From: a bacterium
Lineage (GTDB): Bacteria; Bacillota_I; Bacilli_A; RF39; UBA660
NCBI GenBank assembly: GCA_963661295.1
Contig: CAVLBI010000081.1
Location: forward strand, 1-49,009
Reading direction: 5' to 3'
Length of the DNA: 49,009 bases
The translations under genes were made by a program, and so were the position numbers. A model generated the notes under the pieces. That model searched no databases. It worked only from the letters and a program-made list of their open reading frames with translations, and was not told where the DNA came from. Every line of letters starts with the position of its first letter. Within the stretch, counting starts at the first letter, position 1. This document shows positions 26,694-36,259 of this stretch, one piece after another.

Positions 26694-28047
26694 TGCTTTG
26701 TCCCTCCATATTTCTTTCTTTTCTTAAATTTAAGAATGTTGATGTATTCTTTTTAAATAATAATTCAATAGTTGCAGTTGGTCCATTACGATGTTTTCCT
26801 ATTATTAGTTCACTTATACTGTTATTGTCTTCTGTTCTTGCTTCTTTATTGTAATAATCATCTCTATATAAGAAGGCTACTATATCGGCATCTTGTTCTA
26901 TTGAACCAGATTCACGTAAGTCGCTCATTAATGGTCGCTTGTCTTCTCTTGCCTCTACTCCACGTGATAACTGAGATAAAGCAATTACTGGTACACCTAG
27001 TTCCATAGCAAGTGTTTTTAAGCTTCTTGAAATATCAGAAACTTCTTGTTGTCTATTAGTACCATAGTTTTTTCCACCTGATATCAATTGTAAGTAGTCA
27101 ATTATTACTAGGGCAAGACCTTTTTCACTACTTGCTAGTCTTCTACATTTAGCTCTAATTTCACCTATTGTTATACCTGGAGTATCATCTATTACTAAGT
27201 TAGTGTTAGCTAATTGAGATGAAGCTTCATTAATTCTTTTCCAATCTGGATTCATAAGGTTTCCTGTTCTTAATTTAAAACCTTCTATTTGTCCAAGACT
27301 AGATAAAATACGCATTGCTAATTGCTCGGCACTCATTTCTAAATTGAATAAGGCAACTGATTTTTCTTGAGTCATTGCAGCATATGTTGCTAAGTTTAAT
27401 GCAAAGGCAGTTTTACCCATAGCTGGACGAGCAGCTATAATTATAAATTCATTTGGATGAAGTCCAGTAGTTAGTTTATCGAAGTCATACCAACCTGTTG
27501 CAAGTCCTGTTATTTCACCTTTGTTTTCTGATAATCTTTCAAGATCTGACTGAGTCTTAATTAATACATCTTTTATTGTTCTAAATTCACTAGCTTTTCT
27601 ATTTTTTACTATATTTAAGATTTTCTTTTCTGAATTATCTAATATTTCATTTACTGTTTCATTTGGACTGTATCCTTCTGAGGCTATCTCTTCTGCAGTG
27701 GCTATTAAATTTCTTAATATTGCAGCTTCTTCTACACTTTTTATATAGTAATCAATATTACTTGCTGTTGGAACATAGTTTAAAACTTCTGTTAAGTATT
27801 CAACTCCGCCTACTGCGTTTAATTCATTTTTCTTCTTCAAATAACTTGTTACTGTAGTTATATCAATAGGTGTGTTTTCATCCATTAAAGCTACCATTGT
27901 TTCAAAAATTTTACTATTTTTTTCATTATAGAATGAATCCGACGTTAAATTTTCGTTAGCTTTTTGAAGTGCGTATTTTGAAAGAAAACATGATCCTAGG
28001 ACTGATTCTTCAGCTTCTAAGTTGTTTGGTAATGTTCTAATTGGCAT
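26686..28047 (-). CDS. dnaB: Replicative DNA helicase
   Basis: Walker A ARPAMGKTAF, IIDYLQL, the SQLSR arginine-finger region, and the N-terminal LPNNLEAEESVLGS. Confidence 0.96.
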   Translation of the reverse strand: MPIRTLPNNLEAEESVLGSCFLSKYALQKANENLTSDSFYNEKNSKIFETMVALMDENTPIDITTVTSYLKKKNELNAVGGVEYLTEVLNYVPTASNIDYYIKSVEEAAILRNLIATAEEIASEGYSPNETVNEILDNSEKKILNIVKNRKASEFRTIKDVLIKTQSDLERLSENKGEITGLATGWYDFDKLTTGLHPNEFIIIAARPAMGKTAFALNLATYAAMTQEKSVALFNLEMSAEQLAMRILSSLGQIEGFKLRTGNLMNPDWKRINEASSQLANTNLVIDDTPGITIGEIRAKCRRLASSEKGLALVIIDYLQLISGGKNYGTNRQQEVSDISRSLKTLAMELGVPVIALSQLSRGVEAREDKRPLMSDLRESGSIEQDADIVAFLYRDDYYNKEARTEDNNSISELIIGKHRNGPTATIELLFKKNTSTFLNLRKERNMEGQSSE

Positions 28048-28058
28048 TTAAATCACTC

Positions 28059-28499
28059 CTATTTTATTACGTGTACTTTTATTTTTGCGATTACTTCTGG
28101 GTATAAATTTAATTTTACATCATGAAATCCTAGTGAAGAAATTGATGATGTTAATTCAATTGCACTTTTTTCTATCTTATATCCTTTTTTTGATAGTTCA
28201 TCTTTAATTTGTTTTACGCTGATACTACCAAATACTTTGTCCCCTTCTCCGGTTTTTACTTTAAACTCTAATGTAACTTTATCTAATTGTTCTTTAAGTT
28301 TTAAAGCTTCTTCTTTATTTGCTTGGTCTTCTTTTGCTTTCTTAGCTTGTTCTTGATTTAATTTTAGTAAATTTTCTTTTGTCTTTTTTACTGCATATCC
28401 ATTTTTTATTAAGAAGTTTTCAGCATACCCATCTTTTACTGTTTTTACTTGTCCCTTTTTTCCTTGATTTTTTAAATCTTTTATAAAGATTACATCCAT
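28059..28499 (-). CDS. rplI: 50S ribosomal protein L9
   Basis: MDVIFIKDLKNQGKKGQVKTVKDGYAENFL. ATG 28499 follows GAAGGTG. Confidence 0.95.
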   Translation of the reverse strand: MDVIFIKDLKNQGKKGQVKTVKDGYAENFLIKNGYAVKKTKENLLKLNQEQAKKAKEDQANKEEALKLKEQLDKVTLEFKVKTGEGDKVFGSISVKQIKDELSKKGYKIEKSAIELTSSISSLGFHDVKLNLYPEVIAKIKVHVIK

Positions 28500-28500
28500 T

Positions 28501-29484
28501 TTATTCACCTTCTTTTAATATTTTCTTTAGTTCTTGTTCTACTTTTGCTAATGTTGTATTTTCTTTTGTTGCTGCTCCGGCATTATTATCACCGCCGCCT
28601 CCTAGCTTAGTAAGAATTTTTCCTATATCATAGTTGCCTAAGCTTCTCGCACTTATTCCGATTGTATCTTTTCCAATTTTTCCTATTACAAATGATGCTT
28701 CTATATTATTAAAGAATAATAAAGTATCTGCAACTTTGGCTAAGTCTTCTCTTCTATAAATTGTATTTGCAGAAGCTCTTGTAAATGCAATTTTATCATC
28801 TATTGTTTCGATATCCGCCATTAATTTTTGACGTTCTGTATATTCATTTATATCTTGTTTTAATAAATATTGTACTTTTTTCGCACTTGCTCCTAATGAT
28901 GCTAAATAATATGATGAGTAATATGTTTCAGCTGATGTGTTTAATGTATAGTTGTTTGTATCTAATACAATTCCTGATAGAAGTATAGTTGCATAGTATG
29001 AATCTAATTCTACATCATAAAATTCTATTAAACTTGTTATCATTTCACACGTACTTGAAACTTTAGGATCATCTATTATATCGGCATTTTTTATTGTTGT
29101 TTTTCCAAGATCATGGTGATCTATTACTATTTTTTTCTCTATTTTATTTAGTGCTTCTTTACTTTGAACTAGTTCTGTTTTGTTTGTATCTAGAATTATT
29201 AATAGGTTTTTTGATTGTCTTGAATCCATATATTCTTCTATTTCTGATGATTTAATTCTATTCATTACACCATCTAATTCTCTTAATACTTTTTCTACTC
29301 CAGCTTCATGTTCTTTATCATCTATTATAATGAAACAATTCTTTTTCTTTTTTTTAAGAATCATATACATTCCAATTTGACTTCCAAGGGCATCTAAATC
29401 TAGGTTTTTATGTGCCATTAAAAATATATTTTTTGCATTTCGTATAGCTTTATTTAATTTTCTTCTTTCTTTGATAATTCCCAT
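28501..29484 (-). CDS. Stand-alone DHH/DHHA1 phosphoesterase at the gdpP (yybT) position
   Basis: HKNLDLDALGS (DxD), VIDHHD (DHH), GIVLDTNNY. DHHA1 reads LGGGGDNNAGA, with no His in the GGGH position. No TM, PAS or GGDEF-like region. Confidence 0.85.
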   Translation of the reverse strand: MGIIKERRKLNKAIRNAKNIFLMAHKNLDLDALGSQIGMYMILKKKKKNCFIIIDDKEHEAGVEKVLRELDGVMNRIKSSEIEEYMDSRQSKNLLIILDTNKTELVQSKEALNKIEKKIVIDHHDLGKTTIKNADIIDDPKVSSTCEMITSLIEFYDVELDSYYATILLSGIVLDTNNYTLNTSAETYYSSYYLASLGASAKKVQYLLKQDINEYTERQKLMADIETIDDKIAFTRASANTIYRREDLAKVADTLLFFNNIEASFVIGKIGKDTIGISARSLGNYDIGKILTKLGGGGDNNAGAATKENTTLAKVEQELKKILKEGE

Positions 29485-29559
29485 ATCTCCTCCTATAAAG
29501 TCCCATTATCATTATATAATAAATTATAGGGTTTGTCTAATAAAAGGGTTCCTTGAAAA

Positions 29560-29592
29560 AATAAAAAAATGTAGTTATAGCTACATTTTTAT
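29560..29592 (-). terminator. Intrinsic terminator after rpsR
   Basis: Minus-strand RNA AUGUAG-cuauaa-CUACAU followed by U7. Confidence 0.65.
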
Positions 29593-29804
29593 TTTGAATA
29601 AGGCATAAGTGCTACTGCACGTGCTCTTTTAACTTGTTTTGAAATATATCTTTGATGTTCAGCACAGTTTCCTGTTACACGTCTTGGTAAAATTTTACCT
29701 TTTTCATTTGTATATCTTCTAAGTGTTTCTGTGTCTTTCCAATCAACTGTTTTTCCAGTACACATAGCACATACTTTTTTCTTTCTACGATTGAATTCTG
29801 CCAT
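29589..29804 (-). CDS. rpsR: 30S ribosomal protein S18
   Basis: Typical S18 sequence (..[31 protein letters not shown]...VKRAR). Confidence 0.97.
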   Translation of the reverse strand: MAEFNRRKKKVCAMCTGKTVDWKDTETLRRYTNEKGKILPRRVTGNCAEHQRYISKQVKRARAVALMPYSK

Positions 29805-29824
29805 GTTAATCCTCCTTTTTTATA

Positions 29825-30319
29825 TTAGAAAGGTAGTTCATCATCACTGATTTCAATATTAGCACCAAAATCAGCAAATGGATTACTATCTACGTCTGTA
29901 CCTTTTTGATTATTGCTACTGTTGTCTGCAAAATCATAAGGTGTTGGTTCTGCATTATGTGCTGAACCACTATTATTCATATTATTAGAATTACTTGAGG
30001 AATTTCTTGATCCTAAAAATTCAACGTTATCGGCAATTACTTCTGTGACATATCTTCTTTGACCATTCTGATCATCATAGCTTCTTGTTTGAATTCTTCC
30101 TTCAACAGCTGCTTGACTACCTTGTGTAAGATAATTTTTAACATTTTCTGCTTGTTTTCTCCAAACTACTACATTAATGAAATCTGCTTCTCTTTCTCCT
30201 TGCTGATTAGAGAAATTTCTATTAACTGCTAATGTAAAAGATGCTACTGGAGTATTGCTTCCTGTATATCTTAATTCAGGATCTCTTGTTAATCTTCCTA
30301 TTAAAACAACCTTGTTCAT
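29825..30319 (-). CDS. ssb: Single-stranded DNA-binding protein
   Basis: MNKVVLIGRLTRDPELRYT OB fold, a disordered N/S-rich tail, and the acidic tip DDELPF. Confidence 0.96.
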   Translation of the reverse strand: MNKVVLIGRLTRDPELRYTGSNTPVASFTLAVNRNFSNQQGEREADFINVVVWRKQAENVKNYLTQGSQAAVEGRIQTRSYDDQNGQRRYVTEVIADNVEFLGSRNSSSNSNNMNNSGSAHNAEPTPYDFADNSSNNQKGTDVDSNPFADFGANIEISDDELPF

Positions 30320-30338
30320 AACATACCTCTTTTTCTTA

Positions 30339-30626
30339 TTAATCTTCTACTCTAACAACGATGTGACGAAGTAGACTTTCATTAATTCTAGCAACACGAT
30401 TAAATTCTTGTTCAGTCTTACTATCAGCTTCTACTACATATAAGAAATAATATCCTGTAGTGAATTTCTTGATTTCATATGCTAATTCTCTTTGACCCAT
30501 TGCTTTTTCTTCCATAACTTTTGCTCCAGCATCAGTTAATACTTTTTTCATGTTTTCAGCTGTTTTTTTGATTTCAGCTTCTTCCATATCTGGTCTTACA
30601 ATAAACATAACTTCATATTTGTTCAT
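30339..30626 (-). CDS. rpsF: 30S ribosomal protein S6
   Basis: MNKYEVMFIVRPD... is a typical S6 sequence. Confidence 0.96.
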   Translation of the reverse strand: MNKYEVMFIVRPDMEEAEIKKTAENMKKVLTDAGAKVMEEKAMGQRELAYEIKKFTTGYYFLYVVEADSKTEQEFNRVARINESLLRHIVVRVED

Positions 30627-30727
30627 TTTTTACACCTCCTTTTGGACTTTAGGCTATACTCCGATGTATAGCAAGGAGCATTTTAAATACTCGGTAGTAT
30701 TATAACAAATGCTCATTACTTTTGCAA
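30627..30727 (-). promoter_or_regulatory. rpsF-ssb-rpsR promoter (TTGCAA-17 nt-TATAAT) and structured 5' leader
   Basis: On the minus strand the -35 TTGCAA is at 30722..30727 and the -10 TATAAT at 30699..30704, with a 17-nt spacer. The leader hairpin GCUAUAC-aucgga-GUAUAGC spans 30653..30672. A CUCCUU stretch 5' of it is complementary to the SD AAGGAG. Confidence 0.55.
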
Positions 30728-30778
30728 GGATAAATATTAGTTTAAGTTATCTTTACAATGATTTTTTTTACTTATTAA

Positions 30779-31552
30779 TTACATATAATAGAATCCTACA
30801 AAGTTTTGACCACTTTTTTCTTCGTTCCCTCTTATTCTACAATAATGGGATGCATAGTCTTTATTTGTTATGGTATCTATTTTATTAATTTCTATATGTT
30901 TTATTTGTTTATTTTCTAGTTGGTTTAATATTGCTTTATACATATCTATTTTATATTTTCCATTTTCTTTTTCTATACAGTCTTTCCATACTTCTTTATT
31001 AGTTGCCCAATGTGGGTATGTATCATATATAAAATTTTCTTTTTTCGCACCACTAGAAATGTAGACATATATATCGTCTGTATTACTTTTGTATTCTTTT
31101 TGTAATGATTCTATTATCTCTTTTGGTAGGTTTCTATCAATATATACAGCTCCACAATGGGCTAAGGCAGTTACACCTTTTTTTCTATCTTCTGCTATTA
31201 CTATAGGACAATCGGCACACATGTTTCCTACTACAATTTTTTTATATTCATTACTAATCATTAGAATGTCAGCTTCTAGATTTAGATACCAATAGTCATC
31301 TTTTATTAAATCTTTTTCTTTAATATTTATATATTTACCATCTGAATATTCTACTTTATTTAAGTTAGTTTTTTGAACGGCTTGAATCATCTTTAACCCG
31401 TCAAAACCATACTTTTTACCTAATTTTATTCTAGTCTCTTTAAATATTTCATTTACTTCTTCTTGGCTTAGTCCATCCTTATAAAATATTTTATTTCGAC
31501 TCATTACTCCATCTTTTTTGTTTGCTTCAAATATTTTAATTTGGGATTTCAA
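30779..31552 (-). CDS. DUF152 / PgeF-like (laccase-domain) protein, divergent
   Basis: CADCPIVIAEDRKKGVTALAHCG (the ADC.P and H.G motifs) and the C-terminal YASHYCRIRG..SGQNFVGFY (compare FSYRR..GR). TTG start 5 nt after GAGGTG. Confidence 0.6.
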   Translation of the reverse strand: MKSQIKIFEANKKDGVMSRNKIFYKDGLSQEEVNEIFKETRIKLGKKYGFDGLKMIQAVQKTNLNKVEYSDGKYINIKEKDLIKDDYWYLNLEADILMISNEYKKIVVGNMCADCPIVIAEDRKKGVTALAHCGAVYIDRNLPKEIIESLQKEYKSNTDDIYVYISSGAKKENFIYDTYPHWATNKEVWKDCIEKENGKYKIDMYKAILNQLENKQIKHIEINKIDTITNKDYASHYCRIRGNEEKSGQNFVGFYYM

Positions 31553-31564
31553 TTAATCACCTCT

Positions 31565-32665
31565 TTATACATTAAATCTGAAATGACAAATGTCACCATC
31601 TTGCATTAAGTAATCTTTTCCCTCTAGTCTTGCTTTACCTGCTTCTTTCACTTTTAATTCGCTACCACATTCTATTAAGTCATCGTAGCTTATTACTTCA
31701 GCTCTAATGAATCCTCTTTCAAAATCTGTATGAATTATACCTGCACATTGTTTTGCGTTCATTCCTTTTTTAAATGTCCATGCTCTTACTTCATCTTTTC
31801 CTACTGTGAAATAAGTCGCTAAACCTAAAATGTCATATGTTGCAGTTATTAATTTATCTAGACCTGAACCATCTAATCCTAATGCTTCTAACATCTCTTG
31901 TTTTTCTTCTTTTGTCAATTCACTTAAATCTTCTTCTACTTTAGCACAAAGACTTACTACTTTAGCATTTTCTTTTTCGGCATATTCTTTTACTTTTAAT
32001 ACATATTCATTATCAGGGTTACCTAATTCTGATTCTTTTATGTTTGCTAAATATATTATTGGTTTTTCTGTTAAAAAACTATATGATTTTACTGCCTTCT
32101 TTTCTTCTTCTGATAAATCTAATTGTCTTATTGGTTTGTTTTCTTCTAGCGCTTTTTTACATTTTTCTAAGACTTCTGTTTCTAAAATATCATCTTTGTT
32201 TTTAGTAGTTCTTGCTTTTTTTGCAACTCTTTCTAATCTATTGTTAATTACATCTAAATCAGCAATTGATAATTCAAGATTTATTGTTTCTATATCTCTT
32301 ATTGGGTCAATATTTCCATCTACATGGATTATTTTTCCGTCATCAAAACATCTTACAACTTCAACTATGGCATCTACCTCTCTTATATGTGATAAGAATT
32401 TATTACCAAGACCTTCACCTTTGCTAGCACCTTTTACAAGTCCTGCAATATCTGTGAATTCATAAGCTGTTGGTATAAACTTATTTGGCTCATACATTTC
32501 TTTTAATTTATCCATTCTTTCATCTGGTACTGTTACTATTCCTACATTTGGTTCAATTGTCGCAAATGGGTAATTTTCTGCTAATATTTTTTGATTTGTA
32601 ATTGCATTGAATAAAGTTGATTTTCCTACGTTTGGAAGTCCTACAATTCCTGCTGTTAAACTCAT
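31565..32665 (-). CDS. ychF: Ribosome-binding ATPase YchF
   Basis: GIVGLPNVGKSTLFNAIT, the TGS-like C-terminus, DGDICHFRFNV. Confidence 0.97.
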   Translation of the reverse strand: MSLTAGIVGLPNVGKSTLFNAITNQKILAENYPFATIEPNVGIVTVPDERMDKLKEMYEPNKFIPTAYEFTDIAGLVKGASKGEGLGNKFLSHIREVDAIVEVVRCFDDGKIIHVDGNIDPIRDIETINLELSIADLDVINNRLERVAKKARTTKNKDDILETEVLEKCKKALEENKPIRQLDLSEEEKKAVKSYSFLTEKPIIYLANIKESELGNPDNEYVLKVKEYAEKENAKVVSLCAKVEEDLSELTKEEKQEMLEALGLDGSGLDKLITATYDILGLATYFTVGKDEVRAWTFKKGMNAKQCAGIIHTDFERGFIRAEVISYDDLIECGSELKVKEAGKARLEGKDYLMQDGDICHFRFNV

Positions 32666-32719
32666 ATATATACCTCTTTTCTTTCGTAAATATTATAGCA
32701 TTTTAAGATTTCAATGTAA

Positions 32720-32745
32720 AATAAAAAGAGAACTTTCGTTCTCTA
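32720..32745 (-). terminator. Intrinsic terminator overlapping the abgT stop codon
   Basis: Minus-strand RNA AGAGAAC-gaaa-GUUCUCU followed by UUUUAUUUU. Confidence 0.55.
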
Positions 32746-34338
32746 GATTGTTGGACCAACTCCAGGTCCAATTGGTAGTCCTAATATATACCAACCTAAT
32801 ACTATTAAAATCCATGTTGCGGCTATTATAAGGAAATAAGGTGTTACAAGTCTTAATGACCTTTTAATAGTATATGGTTTTTTCTTGTTTAGATTATATA
32901 TATTTAAATACCCAATAAATATTACAAATGATGCAAGTAAAGGTGTAAATCCTTTTGTCATTGAATCTCCAACTCGCATTATAATTTGTGCAAATTGTGG
33001 AGATAAGTTAGATTGCATAAACATTGGTACAACTACTGGTGCAAATATCATCCATTTACTTGATGGTGATGTTAAGAAGAATCCAGATAGTGCAATTAAT
33101 AATAAGGACACTAGTACAAGTGGTATTCCGCTTAATTGCATGTTTTCTAATAATGTTGCTAACCAAGCAGTTACAATATATCCAATATTTGTTTTTCTAA
33201 ATACGGCAATAAACTGTGCTACTACAAATATTAATATTATTATACTTCCTATATTACTAAATTTTTTACTTGCATTTTCTATTATTTCTTTATCACTTTT
33301 TATTGATTTACTTCCTAAACCATAAGCAATTCCCATTAGTATAAATACTAATGAAACCATATATGTAAATCCATCTTGAAAATATGAATTTGGTCCAAAT
33401 AATTGGTCAAGATATGTTGTTGCATCTTTATCAAGTAACATTCCTGAATATGGTAAGTTTGGAATTAATGCATATATAAATAGTAATAACATGATAATTC
33501 CAACTATAAGTGCATATCTTAATCCTCTATTTTCATATTTATCTTTTTCTATTTGTTTTTGTTCTTCTTCTTCAATATTTATTACTCTATATTGCTCTGT
33601 TTTTGCAAATTCTTCATCTTTTTTATACTTTCCAATTTTAGGAGCAATTAGTTTTTCAATAATTATTGTTCCTACTATTGATAGAATTATTGTTGCAGCT
33701 ATTATAAATATTAAGTTTGATGTTAAAGCTATATGTGTTGTATCATCTACTAGTCTTGCAGCATTTTTTGTATATCCCATTAGGTTTACTTCTGTTGATC
33801 CTACAAAGATTGATACTCCATAACCAAATGAAACTCCACAAAAAGCTGTTACTATTCCAAGAATTGGATTTCTATTATTTATAAAATATATAAGAGCAAC
33901 TAATGGAATTAATATTGCATAACCTACTTCATTTATTAATGAAGAAATAGTTGCTACTAAAATTATTATAAATGTTAATACATATTTATTTACTTTACTT
34001 ATATGCCTTTTTGTTAGCATTTCAATAAATCCTGTACCTTCAGCTATTGTTATACCTAACAAAGATATTAGTAATGTACCGAGAGGTCCAAAACTTAAGA
34101 AGTTGACTGCTGCATTACTTATAACAAATTTTAATCCGTCAAATGATAATAGATTTTCTACTGTTAAAAGTACTGGTTCCAATTCATATGTATTTGAATT
34201 TACTGTATTATATGTTGCTTGTACTTGGAATAATGAAAATATTCCACTTAAAATCATTACTCCAAATGTCAAAAGTATAAATGTTGTTATTGGGTGAAAA
34301 TAAAATTTCTTTAATTTTAATTTTGGCTTTTCTAACAT
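32743..34338 (-). CDS. AbgT family transporter (p-aminobenzoyl-glutamate / antimetabolite efflux family)
   Basis: ~530-aa polytopic protein with the N-terminal signature NLLSFDGLKFVISNAAVNFLSFGPLGTLLISLLGITIAEGTGFIEML. Confidence 0.75.
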   Translation of the reverse strand: MLEKPKLKLKKFYFHPITTFILLTFGVMILSGIFSLFQVQATYNTVNSNTYELEPVLLTVENLLSFDGLKFVISNAAVNFLSFGPLGTLLISLLGITIAEGTGFIEMLTKRHISKVNKYVLTFIIILVATISSLINEVGYAILIPLVALIYFINNRNPILGIVTAFCGVSFGYGVSIFVGSTEVNLMGYTKNAARLVDDTTHIALTSNLIFIIAATIILSIVGTIIIEKLIAPKIGKYKKDEEFAKTEQYRVINIEEEEQKQIEKDKYENRGLRYALIVGIIMLLLFIYALIPNLPYSGMLLDKDATTYLDQLFGPNSYFQDGFTYMVSLVFILMGIAYGLGSKSIKSDKEIIENASKKFSNIGSIIILIFVVAQFIAVFRKTNIGYIVTAWLATLLENMQLSGIPLVLVSLLLIALSGFFLTSPSSKWMIFAPVVVPMFMQSNLSPQFAQIIMRVGDSMTKGFTPLLASFVIFIGYLNIYNLNKKKPYTIKRSLRLVTPYFLIIAATWILIVLGWYILGLPIGPGVGPTI

Positions 34339-34348
34339 GTTTTCCCTC

Positions 34349-34534
34349 CTATTCTTTTACTTTCTTTAGTTTTTTATTGAATTCAATCCTAGGAATTAAA
34401 ACTGTTCTTCCACAATTTAAACATTTAATTTTTATATCTGCTCCAACTCTTACTATTTCCCATTCATTGGTCCCACAAGGATGTTGTTTTTTCATAATAA
34501 CAATTGAGCCTAATTTATAATCTTTATTTTCCAT
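34349..34534 (-). CDS. DUF951 (YyzM-like) small protein
   Basis: KLGSIVIMKKQHPCG.NEWEIVRVGADIKIKCLNCGR. ATG 34534 follows GAGGTG. The longer ORF-track start overlaps mscS. Confidence 0.68.
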   Translation of the reverse strand: MENKDYKLGSIVIMKKQHPCGTNEWEIVRVGADIKIKCLNCGRTVLIPRIEFNKKLKKVKE

Positions 34535-35336
34535 TATGCACCTCAATTTGTTGATATGGAATTTTGATTCCAGACTGATCAAATTCCTTTTTTATTTCTC
34601 TTCTTAAAAATCTTTCAGTTGCAAATTGCATCGCTGGTTTTGTTTCAACCACTACTCTATAAACAACTGATGAGTCATCAAGTTCATTTACTCCCCATAC
34701 TTCTGGTTCTTTTGTGGCATTAGGTATTTTGCCCTTTAGTCTTTGGAAAAGTTTTTCAAAAACTTGATCAATTTCTTTTTCATTATTTTCATAGGCTATT
34801 CCTACATCTACTACTGCTAATGAATTGTGGTCACTATAGTTTATTATATTATCCATATTTCTATTAGCTATTATTTTAGTAGCTCCTTTATAATTTCTAA
34901 TTCTTGTTGTTCTAAGTCCGACAGATACAACTTCACCCATAAATCCATCTACTTCAATTGTATCTCCTACTTCATATTCTCCTTCTGTTATTATAGAAAA
35001 ACCTGCAATAATGTCTTTTGCTAAATCTTGGAATGCTAAACCAATTAAGGCAGTTCCAATACCTAGTCCTGCTAATATTGATTTAACATTTATTCCAAAG
35101 TTCGCAAGGATTGCTAATAATACTATTATTACTATTACATATTTTATTATATTGAGAATTAAACTTCTCATTGTTCTTATTTTTTGTTCTTGTTCTTTTT
35201 TTAGAACTTTTCTTTTGGATGTAGCTTTTGTAACAATATTTTTTATTATTTTAAATAGTATAGAACCTCCTATTATATATATGATTGGCATTACTATTTT
35301 AATAATTTCAACTTTTAATCCTAACATAGTTATCAT
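34524..35336 (-). CDS. Small-conductance mechanosensitive channel (MscS family)
   Basis: Three TM segments followed by GDTIEVDGFMGEVVSVGLRTTRIRNYKGATKIIANRNM. Confidence 0.88.
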   Translation of the reverse strand: MITMLGLKVEIIKIVMPIIYIIGGSILFKIIKNIVTKATSKRKVLKKEQEQKIRTMRSLILNIIKYVIVIIVLLAILANFGINVKSILAGLGIGTALIGLAFQDLAKDIIAGFSIITEGEYEVGDTIEVDGFMGEVVSVGLRTTRIRNYKGATKIIANRNMDNIINYSDHNSLAVVDVGIAYENNEKEIDQVFEKLFQRLKGKIPNATKEPEVWGVNELDDSSVVYRVVVETKPAMQFATERFLRREIKKEFDQSGIKIPYQQIEVHNGK

Positions 35337-35338
35337 TA

Positions 35339-36259
35339 TTAATTACCTGCCTCTATATTCATTATTTCTAGAAGCCTATTTAAATCATTTCCATTTACAA
35401 AGCTAATTTCTATTTTATTTTTCTTTATAACTACTTTTGTTCCTAACTTTTCGCTTATTTCTTCTTGAAGATAACTATATTCACTATTTTCTCTTATTTT
35501 TGGTTTTTGAGGATTAGTTTTAATAATCTTTGGTTCCTTGGTTAATTCTTCTAGTTCTCTTACACTAATTCCTTCATTAATAACCTTTTCTTCTAGTTCA
35601 GCTTGTTGAGATTTATCTTCTAGTTTACTTAAAACTCTAGCGTGTCCCATAGTTATTTTTTTACTATTGATATCTTCCTGAATACTATTTGGTAAGTTTA
35701 GTAATCCTAACATATTTGTAATATGACTTCTACTTTTTCCTAATCTGTTTGCAAGTTGTTCTTGAGTTAATCCTAGAGTGTCTTGTAATTTTTTATAAGC
35801 TGTTGCTTCTTCTATTGCTGTTAAATTTTCTCTTTGTAAGTTTTCTAAAAGAGCTATTTCCATCATTTGTGTATCATTGAAGTCTCTTACTATTGCTGGT
35901 ATTTCTGTTAATCCTGCCATAAGAGAGGCTTTAACTCTACGTTCACCTGCTATTATTTCATATCCTTTAATTGATTTTTTTACAATGATAGGCTGAAATA
36001 CACCATGTTCTTTGATAGATGCAGCTAATTCTTCTAGAGCATTTTCATCAAAAACTTTTCTTGGTTGGTATGGGTTACTTCTTAACTCACTCAATTTAAT
36101 ATTTACTATTTCGTCTTTTTCTGTTTCTTCAACTATTTGTTTTTCTACAGTACTATAATCTAATACTTCACTGTTAAATAGTTCTTCAAGACCTCTTCCA
36201 AGAGCTCTTCTTCTTGGTATTTCATTATTATTTGTTTCCATTTCCTTCATTTCTTTCAA
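35339..36259 (-). CDS. parB: Chromosome partitioning protein ParB/Spo0J
   Basis: RALGRGLEELF, IIAGERRVKAS, an HTH (LTQEQLANRLGKSRSHITN) and the C-terminal dimerisation segment. The exact start among three ATGs (36259/36250/36241) is uncertain. Confidence 0.93.
   Translation of the reverse strand: MKEMKEMETNNNEIPRRRALGRGLEELFNSEVLDYSTVEKQIVEETEKDEIVNIKLSELRSNPYQPRKVFDENALEELAASIKEHGVFQPIIVKKSIKGYEIIAGERRVKASLMAGLTEIPAIVRDFNDTQMMEIALLENLQRENLTAIEEATAYKKLQDTLGLTQEQLANRLGKSRSHITNMLGLLNLPNSIQEDINSKKITMGHARVLSKLEDKSQQAELEEKVINEGISVRELEELTKEPKIIKTNPQKPKIRENSEYSYLQEEISEKLGTKVVIKKNKIEISFVNGNDLNRLLEIMNIEAGN

Noticed and set aside
31830-32465. A 211-aa plus-strand ORF, together with the many other 60-160-aa ORFs antisense to annotated genes (for example 32885..33325, 35011..35406, 39538..40011, 40828..41280, 12487..12807).
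   Set aside because: All lie entirely inside, and antisense to, well-supported conserved genes. Their translations are low-complexity S/F/L/I-rich strings with no RBS or recognisable motif. They are shadow ORFs typical of AT-rich DNA.
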